DNA from: Candidatus Dojkabacteria bacterium
GTDB lineage: Bacteria > Patescibacteriota > Dojkabacteria > J137
Reading direction: 5' to 3'
Length of the DNA: 64,000 nt
Assembly: GCA_030834985.1 (NCBI GenBank)
Contig: JAUQWV010000001.1
Coordinates: forward strand, 192,680 to 256,679
The notes below the pieces were generated by a model. That model was not told where the DNA came from and made no database searches. It saw nothing but the letters and a program-made list of their open reading frames with translations. Positions 19,429-29,279 of the stretch are shown piece by piece. Position numbers and translations under genes: made by a program. Positions within the stretch are counted from its first letter, which is position 1. Each line of letters opens with the position of its first letter.

Positions 19429-20748
19429 ATGACAATTACCAAGTTTGATTTTCTTGTTATCTTTGGGGCTACAGGAGATTTGGTTGAAAGAAAAGTTATT
19501 CCATCGCTCTATCATTTATTTACTTCAGGTAAGATTAATTCCAAGGATTTTAGAGTTTTTGCATTTGCAAGAAGAGATTTTACTAATGGTAAATATGATC
19601 AGATTATTGATAATTCATTAAAAGCCCATTTTAAAAATCCAGATTTCAAGACTGAAGCAGATTTTTATTCAATCTTTGAATATGTTCAAGGAGATTTAAA
19701 TAATCGAGATAGTTTTGTTGACCTAAACAAAAAGATTCTAAAATTAGAAGATGAACTAAAAATCTGCGCTAATAAGCTTTTTTACCTTGCTATTCCTCCT
19801 ATACTTTATAACGATGTAATCACCCATATTCATAAAACTCAATTCGATACAATGTGTAAAGGAGCCGAAGTTAAAGTAATGATTGAAAAACCTTTCGGCA
19901 AAAACTTGGAAACATTTTTAGAATCAGATAACGTACTAAAACAAGTTTTTGCCGAAAAACAGATTTACCGAATTGACCACTATCTAGGTAAGCAAATAAT
20001 TAGAGATATAGCAAAAGTTAAAGACAAGTTTGCAGATAGGTGGAATACAGAAAATATCGATAGAATTTTTATAAGCACAACAGAAACTTTAGGTGTTGAA
20101 GAGCGTGGTGAGTACTTTGATTCAGTTGGAGCCTTACGAGATGTGGGTCAGAATCATTTATTAGAAGTAATTGCACTAATTGCATCAGAAGAAGAATCTT
20201 CGACAGGAAGAGCTAGTGTATTAAATAAATTAGTAAAATACACTTTAAACGATATGCCTAAGTATACTTTTAGAGCTCAATATAAAGGCTATAAGAATAT
20301 TGATAAAGTTGACCCTAACTCAACTTCAGAAACATACTTTAAAGTAGCAGCCTTTATTGATGATCCTAAATGGAAATATACTAAATTTATTATTGAATCA
20401 GGCAAAAGAACTGGACAGGAAAGAAGCTTCATTGAGATTGATTTTAAGAATAAGGAAAAGCTATTTATAAACTTTAGCCGTGAAAATCCATTTATAAGAT
20501 TGTTTAACGGCAACAGTTACACTGAGATTACAACATCAGGTAAAACTAACGAACAATATGTTCTTGAATACTCGACAATGATTGAAGAAGCATTAATGGG
20601 AAAACAAGACTATTTTATAGATCAAGAGGAAGTTAAAGCTCAGTGGAATTTTATTGATCCTATTATAAATGCATGGCAGAATAATGCAGTACCATTATTT
20701 ACCTATATGCCAGATGATATATCCGTTTTATCTATTGCCAATATATGA
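19429..20748 (+). CDS. zwf: Glucose-6-phosphate 1-dehydrogenase
   Basis: GATGDL, EKPFG, RIDHYLGK, RDVGQNHLL. Confidence 0.93.
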   Translation: MTITKFDFLVIFGATGDLVERKVIPSLYHLFTSGKINSKDFRVFAFARRDFTNGKYDQIIDNSLKAHFKNPDFKTEADFYSIFEYVQGDLNNRDSFVDLNKKILKLEDELKICANKLFYLAIPPILYNDVITHIHKTQFDTMCKGAEVKVMIEKPFGKNLETFLESDNVLKQVFAEKQIYRIDHYLGKQIIRDIAKVKDKFADRWNTENIDRIFISTTETLGVEERGEYFDSVGALRDVGQNHLLEVIALIASEEESSTGRASVLNKLVKYTLNDMPKYTFRAQYKGYKNIDKVDPNSTSETYFKVAAFIDDPKWKYTKFIIESGKRTGQERSFIEIDFKNKEKLFINFSRENPFIRLFNGNSYTEITTSGKTNEQYVLEYSTMIEEALMGKQDYFIDQEEVKAQWNFIDPIINAWQNNAVPLFTYMPDDISVLSIANI

Positions 20749-21446
20749 GACCAATCAACCTTTCAGTAAAAATACTTTTAGAAAGTAATAACCCAGAAGA
20801 AACAGAAGAAATTTTAAACCTTTTAGGTTTTCTCGATGGGCAGATTATTAGTCAATTAACATCTCCTGAAGGCAGTGATTTAGTGGAAGATATTGCGGCA
20901 GTAATACCTCAATCAATAATAATACTTCCAGATGAGTCCCCAAGCGAAACACCAAACACTTATATAACTATTCCAATAAGCAGAAAAGGATTGAGAACTG
21001 CAAATACACTTGCTAAAGCAGGAGTATATATCAATTTAACAAACTGCTTAACATTAGAGCAAGCAGCTGCAGTCTACTCTGCAACAAGAGACGCTGAAAG
21101 TAATATTTTAATTTCCGGCTTTAGCGACACAGACCTACTAATTAATACTCAAAGACTATACGCTCATTCAGATAAACATGTGCAGATTCTTAATTCAAAT
21201 ATTACAGAATATTATGATTTCTTATATTCGCTATACCTAAGGCCTGATTATGTTTCGGCATCTTTTGAAGTATTGAAGAAATGGACAGAAAATAAATTAA
21301 TAGTACCGCAGGAAATTAATGAACTGATCTTTAACGATAAAACTGAACATTTTAAAGGTATTCACAATGCTTCAACAACAGGTATAACTTACAAAGAGTT
21401 CGACCTGAGTCTGGAATGGACAGAATTCAATGTGGATATAGTATAA
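20745..21446 (+). CDS. Transaldolase-like protein, catalytic residues degenerate
   Basis: LLGFLDGQ, EQAAAVY.AT and HVQIL follow the transaldolase/FSA scaffold, but the Asp, TTNP and Schiff-base Lys are replaced. Confidence 0.7.
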   Translation: MRPINLSVKILLESNNPEETEEILNLLGFLDGQIISQLTSPEGSDLVEDIAAVIPQSIIILPDESPSETPNTYITIPISRKGLRTANTLAKAGVYINLTNCLTLEQAAAVYSATRDAESNILISGFSDTDLLINTQRLYAHSDKHVQILNSNITEYYDFLYSLYLRPDYVSASFEVLKKWTENKLIVPQEINELIFNDKTEHFKGIHNASTTGITYKEFDLSLEWTEFNVDIV

Positions 21447-21469
21447 TTTGCGGTAGTTAATTAACCTAA

Positions 21470-23161
21470 ATGAACTCACAAAAAATCCTTGTGTGCGCTG
21501 CTTGGCCATACGTAAATGGAGACATCCATATTGGACATTTAGCAGGATATTTTATTCCGGCCGATATTTTTACGCGCTTTTGCAGACTCAAAGGTATTGA
21601 TACAGTTTTTGTATCAGGTTCAGACTGCCATGGAACTCCTATTACAGTGGAAGCTGATAAACGAGGAATCACAGCAAAGGAACTTGTTAGCGAATATATT
21701 CCAAAAGTACACGAGATTATTGAGCAGTATGGTATTGATTACTCACTTTTCACATCTACTATTACTGATAATCACAAAAAAGTAACTCAAGAGGTTTTCC
21801 TGAATTTGTTTAAAAACGGATACATTATAAAAAAGAAAAGCCAGCAATATTATTCCGAAAGTGATAATAAATTTTTACCAGATAGATACGTAGAGGGAGA
21901 ATGCCCTTTCTGTCATGCTAAAGGGCAGCGAGCCGATCAGTGCGAAGTTTGCGGGAGGACTATTGGTCTCGGCGAGCTTATAGAGCCGTATTCAAAACTA
22001 ACGAAAGCGCCTGTAACATTAAAAGAAACAGAGCACTACTTTGTAGATTTCCCAAAGCTTGAAAACTCAATTAAAGAGTATGTGTTAAATCACGAAAATG
22101 CTTGGAAAGATTGGGTATTTAAAGAAACTATTGGCTTTATTAACGAAGGCCTACAAGAAAGAGCTATAACCCGTGATCTAGACTGGGGAGTTGAAATACC
22201 TGTTGATGAACTACCTGAAAATCAAAGAATTGAATTTGCTGGTAGTAAAAGGTTTTATGTATGGTTTGATGCAGTTATTGGTTATTTATCAGCTACGATT
22301 GAATATTGTAACTCTAAAAATCTAGACTACAAAGATTATTGGAACAACAAAGACTGCTTGCATTACTATTTTATGGGGCAAGATAATCTGACATTTCATA
22401 CAATCTTTTGGCCTGGCCAATTAATTGGTCAAAATTTATACTATAATTTACCCTACTTTCCAAGTATAGTTAAATTTTTAAATGCTAACGGCCAAAAATT
22501 ATCAAAAAGCCGAGGAAATATTATTGATGCCAAACAAGTTGCTAATCACTTTGGTGCAGATGCAATTAGATTCTACATAACCTCTATTTTACCCGAGAAT
22601 AAGGAAGGTAACTGGGATTGGACTGATTTTAAAAACACAATAAATGCTGAATTAGTTGGTAACATTGGTAATTTTGTCCATAGAGTTCTAACTTTCTACA
22701 AAAATAAGCTAAGTGCCGAAAAATTCGAAGCTGAGCTTGACTCTGCAGTTGAAACTAAGATTAACGAGACTTTTACTGTGGTTTCTGATTTATTAGAAAA
22801 AAATCAGTTTGTAGCAGCTTTAAACGAAGTTAAAAAATTCTCTACTTATGGTAACCAATATTTTGACTACAATAAGCCTTGGGAAAAATTAAAACTAGCA
22901 CCACAAGAAGCTAATAAGATAATTTTTAACTGCTTACAGATTGTAAATTCGTTAAGAATACTGTTTTATCCATTTATACCAGAAGCTAGCCATAGATTAA
23001 GCAATACGTTAGGTCTAACAAACTTAAATCCCACACCGGGTACTAATCAGTTTCAGTTTACTTCTTTGCCTCTTACAGATATCAACCTAGTTGAAAATCT
23101 AGTGCCACTTTTTAAGAAGCTTGAGGAAACAGATGTAGAAGCTTTTACAGCATCTGTGTAA
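21470..23161 (+). CDS. metG: Methionine--tRNA ligase (short monomeric type)
   Basis: PYVNGDIHIGH, Zn knuckle CPFC..CEVC, YVWFDA, KLSKS. Confidence 0.97.
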   Translation: MNSQKILVCAAWPYVNGDIHIGHLAGYFIPADIFTRFCRLKGIDTVFVSGSDCHGTPITVEADKRGITAKELVSEYIPKVHEIIEQYGIDYSLFTSTITDNHKKVTQEVFLNLFKNGYIIKKKSQQYYSESDNKFLPDRYVEGECPFCHAKGQRADQCEVCGRTIGLGELIEPYSKLTKAPVTLKETEHYFVDFPKLENSIKEYVLNHENAWKDWVFKETIGFINEGLQERAITRDLDWGVEIPVDELPENQRIEFAGSKRFYVWFDAVIGYLSATIEYCNSKNLDYKDYWNNKDCLHYYFMGQDNLTFHTIFWPGQLIGQNLYYNLPYFPSIVKFLNANGQKLSKSRGNIIDAKQVANHFGADAIRFYITSILPENKEGNWDWTDFKNTINAELVGNIGNFVHRVLTFYKNKLSAEKFEAELDSAVETKINETFTVVSDLLEKNQFVAALNEVKKFSTYGNQYFDYNKPWEKLKLAPQEANKIIFNCLQIVNSLRILFYPFIPEASHRLSNTLGLTNLNPTPGTNQFQFTSLPLTDINLVENLVPLFKKLEETDVEAFTASV

Positions 23162-23232
23162 CTGTGCTTACCAAATTTGCCATTGCTATCACCTAAGTAA
23201 ATTATTAAGATAGGTTAGGTGAATATTTTTCT

Positions 23233-24573
23233 ATGAATTTGTGGGTTCAAAAAGCTCTTATAAACGACGTAAACCTTAAATTCTTCGGTATAGATTTGCA
23301 TAAGCTATATGCTTCATCCGGAAAACTCATTGCAAATAAGCTTTCTGAAATGTATGGATTAAATAAATCTTATGTTTTTGTATGTGGGCTTGGTGGTAAT
23401 GCTTCAGATGGACTTTCTACTGCTATAAATTTAATTGAATTAGGTGCTAAAAGTATAGATGTATATATTATCGGCAGAGTTAATTATTCAGGCTCAACTA
23501 TATTTAAAGCGCTGTATAACCAACTTGATAAACTAAAAACAGATAATAAGAATCTTATTATTAAACAAGACTGCTACGCTGAAGATATAGTACAAAAGGA
23601 TATAGTAGTTGAATCTTTAGTAGGTACTGGCTTAGAAGGCTCTAAGTTAAATAAGCGTTTTCATGACTGCGTAAATAGAATCTCACATTTTAAATCAAAA
23701 ATGGTTGCTATTGATATACCAGCTCCTTCTTATACACCAGACGATGTAATTTCACTTAATTATCCAAAAACTGATACATCAATTGTTATAGACATCCCAG
23801 AAAGTAAAGATGCTTCACTATTGTGTGGTCCGGGTGAAGTAAAATTCTTGTTTAACTCAAAAGAAAGAACACATAAGCTTAAGAACGGCAAGATATTGTA
23901 TATAAGCTCAACTACAAACAAAGATGAATTTGAGCATATTGCTATGGCTGCTAAAAACTACTCATGTGATTTATACATTTATAACTTTAATACAGAACTT
24001 AAGGAGCTAAAAGGCTTCAACTTTATTAATGATTTAGAGTTAGAGAAATACTATAACGAGGCAGATACTATTATAATTGGTTCCATAGATGAACAATCAG
24101 CAATCAATATTAATCTTATACGATATATAGTTAAGCTAAATAAGGACAAAAAATACGTACTAACATGGAATATTTTATCGTTACTAAATACATTTAAAGA
24201 TTTAGAATTTTCAAAAGAAAGTATATTGCTATTAAATAGATCGACCGTTGATTCAATATTGAAGGAATATGGAGTTAGTGAGCGAAGTTTAAGCCAGGTA
24301 ATTCAATCAAATATATTCTTTTCCGGCTTTCAAAATACAATGTACTCTAAAGATGGAGAATATAAAGTGAATATCAATCCAAAATTATTTAATCAGAATT
24401 CAACACAAGCGTTAGCCAATATAGCGGCTTGTATTTTAACTAAAAATGATCCTTGGCTAACGCTTAAAGCCTCTGTATTTTTATTTGAAGTTGCTCAAAA
24501 ACTATCAACAGAGAACAAAAAAAATATTGAGGAAAATCTAAAAGAAGCTATAAATTTGTGTAAAGACTATTAG
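23233..24573 (+). CDS. YjeF/Nnr-like NAD(P)HX repair protein, degenerate
   Basis: YjeF_N-like VCGLGGNASDG, ESLVGTG, AIDIP; the C-terminal half starts like YjeF_C (THKLKNGKIL). Confidence 0.7.
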   Translation: MNLWVQKALINDVNLKFFGIDLHKLYASSGKLIANKLSEMYGLNKSYVFVCGLGGNASDGLSTAINLIELGAKSIDVYIIGRVNYSGSTIFKALYNQLDKLKTDNKNLIIKQDCYAEDIVQKDIVVESLVGTGLEGSKLNKRFHDCVNRISHFKSKMVAIDIPAPSYTPDDVISLNYPKTDTSIVIDIPESKDASLLCGPGEVKFLFNSKERTHKLKNGKILYISSTTNKDEFEHIAMAAKNYSCDLYIYNFNTELKELKGFNFINDLELEKYYNEADTIIIGSIDEQSAININLIRYIVKLNKDKKYVLTWNILSLLNTFKDLEFSKESILLLNRSTVDSILKEYGVSERSLSQVIQSNIFFSGFQNTMYSKDGEYKVNINPKLFNQNSTQALANIAACILTKNDPWLTLKASVFLFEVAQKLSTENKKNIEENLKEAINLCKDY

Positions 24574-25624
24574 ACTCGCTATTAGGATTCAGCAAAACTT
24601 CCATTTCTTTAATAAAATCAGCAACTGCTTGGCTGATTGGTTTATCAGTAATTCCACCTCCTGCATTTCTATGACCATTTGCAACAAAGCCTACTTTTCT
24701 TAAAATCGGCATAAGCTCTAATTTAGATAGCGCACTGCACCTCCATACAACTCTAGTCTTGCCATCATCCTTACCTTCCTTAAAGATAAGCCCATATGGA
24801 TAATCCTCAACCATATGCATAAAGATTTTTTGATAGTATTTAAGTAGATCTTTATTTTCCCAATCTTTGCCAAATCTTTCTGTAAGCTGTTCACGCGAAT
24901 GTTGATCAATACTTAGTATGGTACAGCCGGCTACTTCGTAATATACAGTGTGTTCAATTGCCCATACTGTAAAGTTCATCATCTCTTTTGGTACGCTAAA
25001 CTCTACTGCTTTATAATGATCAACTCCCAAATCTAAAAGCATTTGAGCGTAAGCAAATGTATCTTTATAAACTTCAAAGTTAAATATACCGGTATCACTG
25101 CTTAAAGACATATATAGCCAAGTTGCAACTTCCAGATTAAGCTTTAGGCCCGAAGGTTTAACAAAGTAATCATAAACAATTTTACTTGTGCACGAATCTT
25201 TAATCCTAATTGTATTTTCTGGAATATATTCACCTATAGGACCGGCTTCGTGATGATCAATACTGTATAGATTTTCTTTTTTTATTAAAGGCAAATATTG
25301 CTCGTATTTGGATGTGAAAAATTGACGCAAAGCGTTTCCATCTTCTAAGATAACTAAATCGTAATTACTAAAGTCTACTTTATCAGGGTGTTTTTGCTGA
25401 ATGTTATCCTCAAATCCAGGAAAAGACTTTGCACTGTCTAAAACATTCGCAAATATATAAATGTTACTTTCTTTGTTATATTTTTCTTTTATATACCATT
25501 TTAAAGTTAATGCAGTAGCTAGTGAATCATGATCTACCGGTGTTGAGGCAATAATTAATATATTATTAGCGCTTTCAATTTTTGAATTTAATGCATCTAC
25601 TTTAGGTTGAAGATTCTCTTCCAT
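24548..25624 (-). CDS. DHH-family phosphoesterase (NrnA-like)
   Basis: PVDHDS, IDHH, SDTG, GHRNAGG. Confidence 0.88.
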   Translation of the reverse strand: MEENLQPKVDALNSKIESANNILIIASTPVDHDSLATALTLKWYIKEKYNKESNIYIFANVLDSAKSFPGFEDNIQQKHPDKVDFSNYDLVILEDGNALRQFFTSKYEQYLPLIKKENLYSIDHHEAGPIGEYIPENTIRIKDSCTSKIVYDYFVKPSGLKLNLEVATWLYMSLSSDTGIFNFEVYKDTFAYAQMLLDLGVDHYKAVEFSVPKEMMNFTVWAIEHTVYYEVAGCTILSIDQHSREQLTERFGKDWENKDLLKYYQKIFMHMVEDYPYGLIFKEGKDDGKTRVVWRCSALSKLELMPILRKVGFVANGHRNAGGGITDKPISQAVADFIKEMEVLLNPNSESNSLYTNL

Positions 25625-26167
25625 TTAATCTACTGTAATGATTCGTTCTTTGCTGTATGAGTTTCCGTCAAAGAAAACTGTAGCTTTAATTGTATTAGTG
25701 CCTGGCTGTAATGTTTTAACTAAACTGCTTGGGCTAGTATAAGATTTACTTAGTTCAACATCAGTTGTAGAAGTACTTCCATTTGTTATTGTCCAATATA
25801 TATTAAATTTATTTAAATCATTAGCTCCCCAAGGAATTCCAGATAATATTGGAATTAATGTTAATCTGTATTCTCTTAGTGCCCCACCAGTCGGCTCTGC
25901 ATTTATACTTAAAATAACCTCCACATCAGCAGCTGTTTGTTCTACCTGTACAGGTTGAGTTGAAGAATAATAGACTAAACCTAATGTTCCAACAGTAAAA
26001 AAGCTTAAAACCATAATATATAAAGGCTTACCTAAAAAGCCGTATCTAGGCCTTTGCATATTCTTAATCTTTTGTTGCTGCGATATTACTACAACTACTA
26101 ATAGAACTATTACTACTATTAGTACAACAGCAATTAATGTTACGTAGCTACTTAATTCTTTTTCCAT
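25625..26167 (-). CDS. Hypothetical membrane protein with beta-rich C-terminal domain
   Basis: Two hydrophobic helices, then a soluble domain; TATACT 7 nt before the ATG. Confidence 0.75.
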   Translation of the reverse strand: MEKELSSYVTLIAVVLIVVIVLLVVVVISQQQKIKNMQRPRYGFLGKPLYIMVLSFFTVGTLGLVYYSSTQPVQVEQTAADVEVILSINAEPTGGALREYRLTLIPILSGIPWGANDLNKFNIYWTITNGSTSTTDVELSKSYTSPSSLVKTLQPGTNTIKATVFFDGNSYSKERIITVD

Positions 26168-26238
26168 TAATTCCAGTATAACGTAAATTTGACAGAAAAT
26201 TAATGATAGAATTATTAGTTATTTCTTACTTTTAAGGT

Positions 26239-26964
26239 ATGTCAGTTAAAGATTTTGATATTCAACATTTTCATACAGATAAAATCGGCTATCTAGAATA
26301 TTATGATAAAGTTTTTTCTCCTATAAAAAACAACGTCAAAAAGATGCTGGAATTGGGGATTTACCATGGAGGTTCTTTACAAATGTGGGAGAAATTTTTT
26401 ACTAAAGCAGATATTATTGGTGTTGATATCGAAAAAATTGATGTCCCAAACAGTGGACGAGTAAAAATTTATCAAGGGGATCAAAAAGATACTTCATTAC
26501 TTAACAAGATTACTGGAGATTGCGCTCCAGAAGGCTTTGATATTATCATTGACGATGCTTCACATTTTGGAAAAGAAACATTCATAAGTTTTATTTATTT
26601 GTTCAAAAATTCGCTTAAATCAAAAGGCGTGTATGTTATAGAAGACTGGGGTACAGGCTACTGGCCTCATTTTCCAGATGGAAGGAATATTACCCTAGAT
26701 AAGCACCATGTGTCTTATCATTTACACACCGATACTGATTATGATTTTAAACAAAAAGGATTGGTTTCTAAAGGTCCATTTTTAAATAATAGAAGGTTCC
26801 AAAGCCATGATTATGGAATGGTTGGACTTATAAAGCAGATTATAGATGAATTAGCTATAGAACAAGCTACTTTACCGCAATATACAAATAAAGAATCTAC
26901 TTATAAGACATTCATAGAAAATATCTTAATCACTCCGGGGCAGTGTTTTATATTTAAAAAGTAG
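26239..26964 (+). CDS. Class I SAM-dependent methyltransferase (sugar O-methyltransferase-like)
   Basis: MLELGIYHGGSL, GVDI, FDIIIDDASH, YVIEDW. Confidence 0.85.
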   Translation: MSVKDFDIQHFHTDKIGYLEYYDKVFSPIKNNVKKMLELGIYHGGSLQMWEKFFTKADIIGVDIEKIDVPNSGRVKIYQGDQKDTSLLNKITGDCAPEGFDIIIDDASHFGKETFISFIYLFKNSLKSKGVYVIEDWGTGYWPHFPDGRNITLDKHHVSYHLHTDTDYDFKQKGLVSKGPFLNNRRFQSHDYGMVGLIKQIIDELAIEQATLPQYTNKESTYKTFIENILITPGQCFIFKK

Positions 26965-26973
26965 AAAGTTAAA

Positions 26974-27046
26974 TGGAGCCTACGAGGATTGAACTCGTGA
27001 CCTCACGAATGCCATTCGTGCGCTCTACCAGCTAAGCTAAGGCCCC
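26974..27046 (-). tRNA. tRNA-Ala(GGC), CCA not encoded
   Basis: GGGGCCT/AGGCTCC acceptor stem with G3:U70, anticodon arm CACGA-ATGGCAT-TCGTG, T loop GTTCAATC. Confidence 0.97.
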
Positions 27047-27067
27047 TTAAGTATTTTACAGGAAAGT

Positions 27068-27706
27068 TTAATTGCTCCTTAGGCTTCTTACAAACTCTTC
27101 AAATGCAGCTACTTGTCTTGCATTAAGTTCAGTGTCAGTAATATCCAAAGCGCCACTACCTACACATATTGTATCCTGAAGACAACCAAACATTTGGCTT
27201 ACTAAAGTTGTGTCAGTCTGTATTTCTCCTGCTTCGTTAACTATTTCTAAAATACTATAAGCTAAATACATATCTCCAGAAGGCGTACTGAAAAGTTTTG
27301 CACTATCCTTACTTCTATTAAAGCCATCAATAGCTATCGGCTCTGCTGGTGTACTAATATAATAAGTAGTTTCACCATCTGTTACAAAATTAATTATGCA
27401 CACCCTACCACCTGCACCTCTACATTCAATACCAGATACTTTATTAGCTTGTACAATAGAATTTACTAAGAATGATTCATCAAAGGTAACTTTCTTGTTA
27501 GCAATTACAATCTCTTTTTGATTTTTAACCTCTAAAACTGTTAGATTTTCATTCTCTAATGATGTTATTTCTTCTTGGGTTAACTCATCTTGACCCAGCT
27601 GGGAATTATCTCTTGTTGTTATGATTACGATTATACCAAGGATGATCAGGCCTACAACTGCAAGTGGAATTATATACTTCGAATAATTTTCTATATGATT
27701 TTTCAT
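27068..27706 (-). CDS. Hypothetical membrane-anchored extracellular protein
   Basis: N-terminal TM and two Cys pairs. Start placed at ATG 27706 to avoid overlap with the divergent gene. Confidence 0.75.
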   Translation of the reverse strand: MKNHIENYSKYIIPLAVVGLIILGIIVIITTRDNSQLGQDELTQEEITSLENENLTVLEVKNQKEIVIANKKVTFDESFLVNSIVQANKVSGIECRGAGGRVCIINFVTDGETTYYISTPAEPIAIDGFNRSKDSAKLFSTPSGDMYLAYSILEIVNEAGEIQTDTTLVSQMFGCLQDTICVGSGALDITDTELNARQVAAFEEFVRSLRSN

Positions 27707-27754
27707 ACAAACTAAGTATATGGAATTTAAAAAATTATGTAAATACAAGGATGG

Positions 27755-27763
27755 TGATATACT
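27755..27763 (+). promoter_or_regulatory. Extended -10 element TGATATACT, leaderless-type
   Basis: Ends 7 nt before ATG 27771. Confidence 0.55.
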
Positions 27764-27770
27764 TAATTTT

Positions 27771-28289
27771 ATGGAGAAGATGGAAATTTTAACGGCTAAT
27801 CCCTCTGATTTTGAAGCAATAAAAGCTCTTATGCTTGAAGCATTGCAAAACGATCCTACTGCTTTTAGCGTTGATTTTGATAATTATTCTAAAAACTCGA
27901 ATGAGTGGTGGAAAAATTACCTATTTGGCTATATCCACGGCTATAACGCTACTATGTTACTGACTCGAACAGGTAATGAAATAGCCGGTATGATTGGTAT
28001 TTTATTTGATTCTAATAGACGACGCAGTCATGTTGCTTCAATTGTATGGTTTTATGTTAAAAGCGGCTATAGACATAATGGTATTGGAAAAAAGATATTT
28101 GAAGAAGCAATGCGGGTGATTAAAGGGAAGCCAGAGATAAGAAAAATTACGCTTTTAGTTAATCACCCGCAGGAGCACGCCATTAAAATATATAAAGACT
28201 TCGGATTTAAGATCGCAGGTACATTAAAAAATGAATTAATTATTAATAATGAGCCTGTTAGTGAGTATATATTAGAGTGCTTTGTATGA
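27771..28289 (+). CDS. GNAT-family acetyltransferase
   Basis: FYVKSGYRHNGIGK (motif A), AIKIYKDFGF; start placed at ATG 27771. Confidence 0.9.
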   Translation: MEKMEILTANPSDFEAIKALMLEALQNDPTAFSVDFDNYSKNSNEWWKNYLFGYIHGYNATMLLTRTGNEIAGMIGILFDSNRRRSHVASIVWFYVKSGYRHNGIGKKIFEEAMRVIKGKPEIRKITLLVNHPQEHAIKIYKDFGFKIAGTLKNELIINNEPVSEYILECFV

Positions 28290-29218
28290 ATCCATCGATT
28301 GGTGAACGTTTAAAGTCAAAAAGATTAGAGCTTAAACTTACAGTTGAAAAAGTATCTAATGAATTAAAAATTCGTCCTGAATTTATTAAAGCCTTAGAAG
28401 CAGATGACTATACAATTTTTGCTTCTGACGTATATGCAAAAGGCTTTATAAAAAATTATGCTAAATTTCTAGGATTAAACTCTGAAAACTTTACTGCTGT
28501 TTATAGGCGAGATATTGAAAGTACTAGACTGCAAACAAAGAAAAGTAAAGATACACCCTTAGATAGTAGATCTAAAAGAACATTTGCTTTTAATAGAAAA
28601 AGCATTAGATATTTTCTGTTTATTATTCTATTAACATTTGTAACCTTTGGATTATTAAAGTTATTAAATAAAACGTTTGAACCACCATATATTGAGCTAT
28701 TAACACCAACGAATATCTATGCGAACAGTTCTACTGCTATGGATTATTACGACAAAACTGTTCGCATCACAGGTAGGGTTAATCCAAATACAGCTGTTAA
28801 AGTGAATAGCATTACAGTTGGTACAAAACCAGATAATACATTCGAAAGCGATTTATTCCCTGTAACATTAGAAAAAAACACCTTCCTAGTTGAGGCTATA
28901 AGTTCAGTTGGGGTAGTTAGCCGAATTGAATTAATTCTAAATAAGAAAAATAATATTCTTGAAGAAGCAAAAGGTATTTATGGAATTATTCAAATAGTAA
29001 ATGATTCTGCCAATATAAAAGTAATTACAGATAATACAGAACAAGCTAATGCCTTGTTTTTTGTAAATGATTCTATTCCTGTCATAGCTAAGTCTAGTAT
29101 ACAAATTGAAACCGACCAGCCTGACAATATTAAAATATTTATAAACGAAAAAGAATATAAAGTTCTGGATGAACCTTTAAAGTTAAGATTAGAAAATGAC
29201 TTACTTATCGAGGACTGA
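28286..29218 (+). CDS. RodZ-like HTH membrane protein
   Basis: IGERLKSKR..LKIRPEFIKALE..YAKGFIKNYAKFLGL, TM helix, Ig-like extracellular part; ATGA overlap with the GNAT gene. Confidence 0.85.
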   Translation: MNPSIGERLKSKRLELKLTVEKVSNELKIRPEFIKALEADDYTIFASDVYAKGFIKNYAKFLGLNSENFTAVYRRDIESTRLQTKKSKDTPLDSRSKRTFAFNRKSIRYFLFIILLTFVTFGLLKLLNKTFEPPYIELLTPTNIYANSSTAMDYYDKTVRITGRVNPNTAVKVNSITVGTKPDNTFESDLFPVTLEKNTFLVEAISSVGVVSRIELILNKKNNILEEAKGIYGIIQIVNDSANIKVITDNTEQANALFFVNDSIPVIAKSSIQIETDQPDNIKIFINEKEYKVLDEPLKLRLENDLLIED

Positions 29219-29279
29219 TTTTAAAAATTGAGTTATACTAAAATAATTCACCGATAATTTGATTTAAATAATCGCCTAG

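Noticed and set aside
26239-27046. Island integrated at tRNA-Ala
   Set aside because: The methyltransferase gene abuts the tRNA 3' end, but I found no duplicated tRNA end and no integrase.
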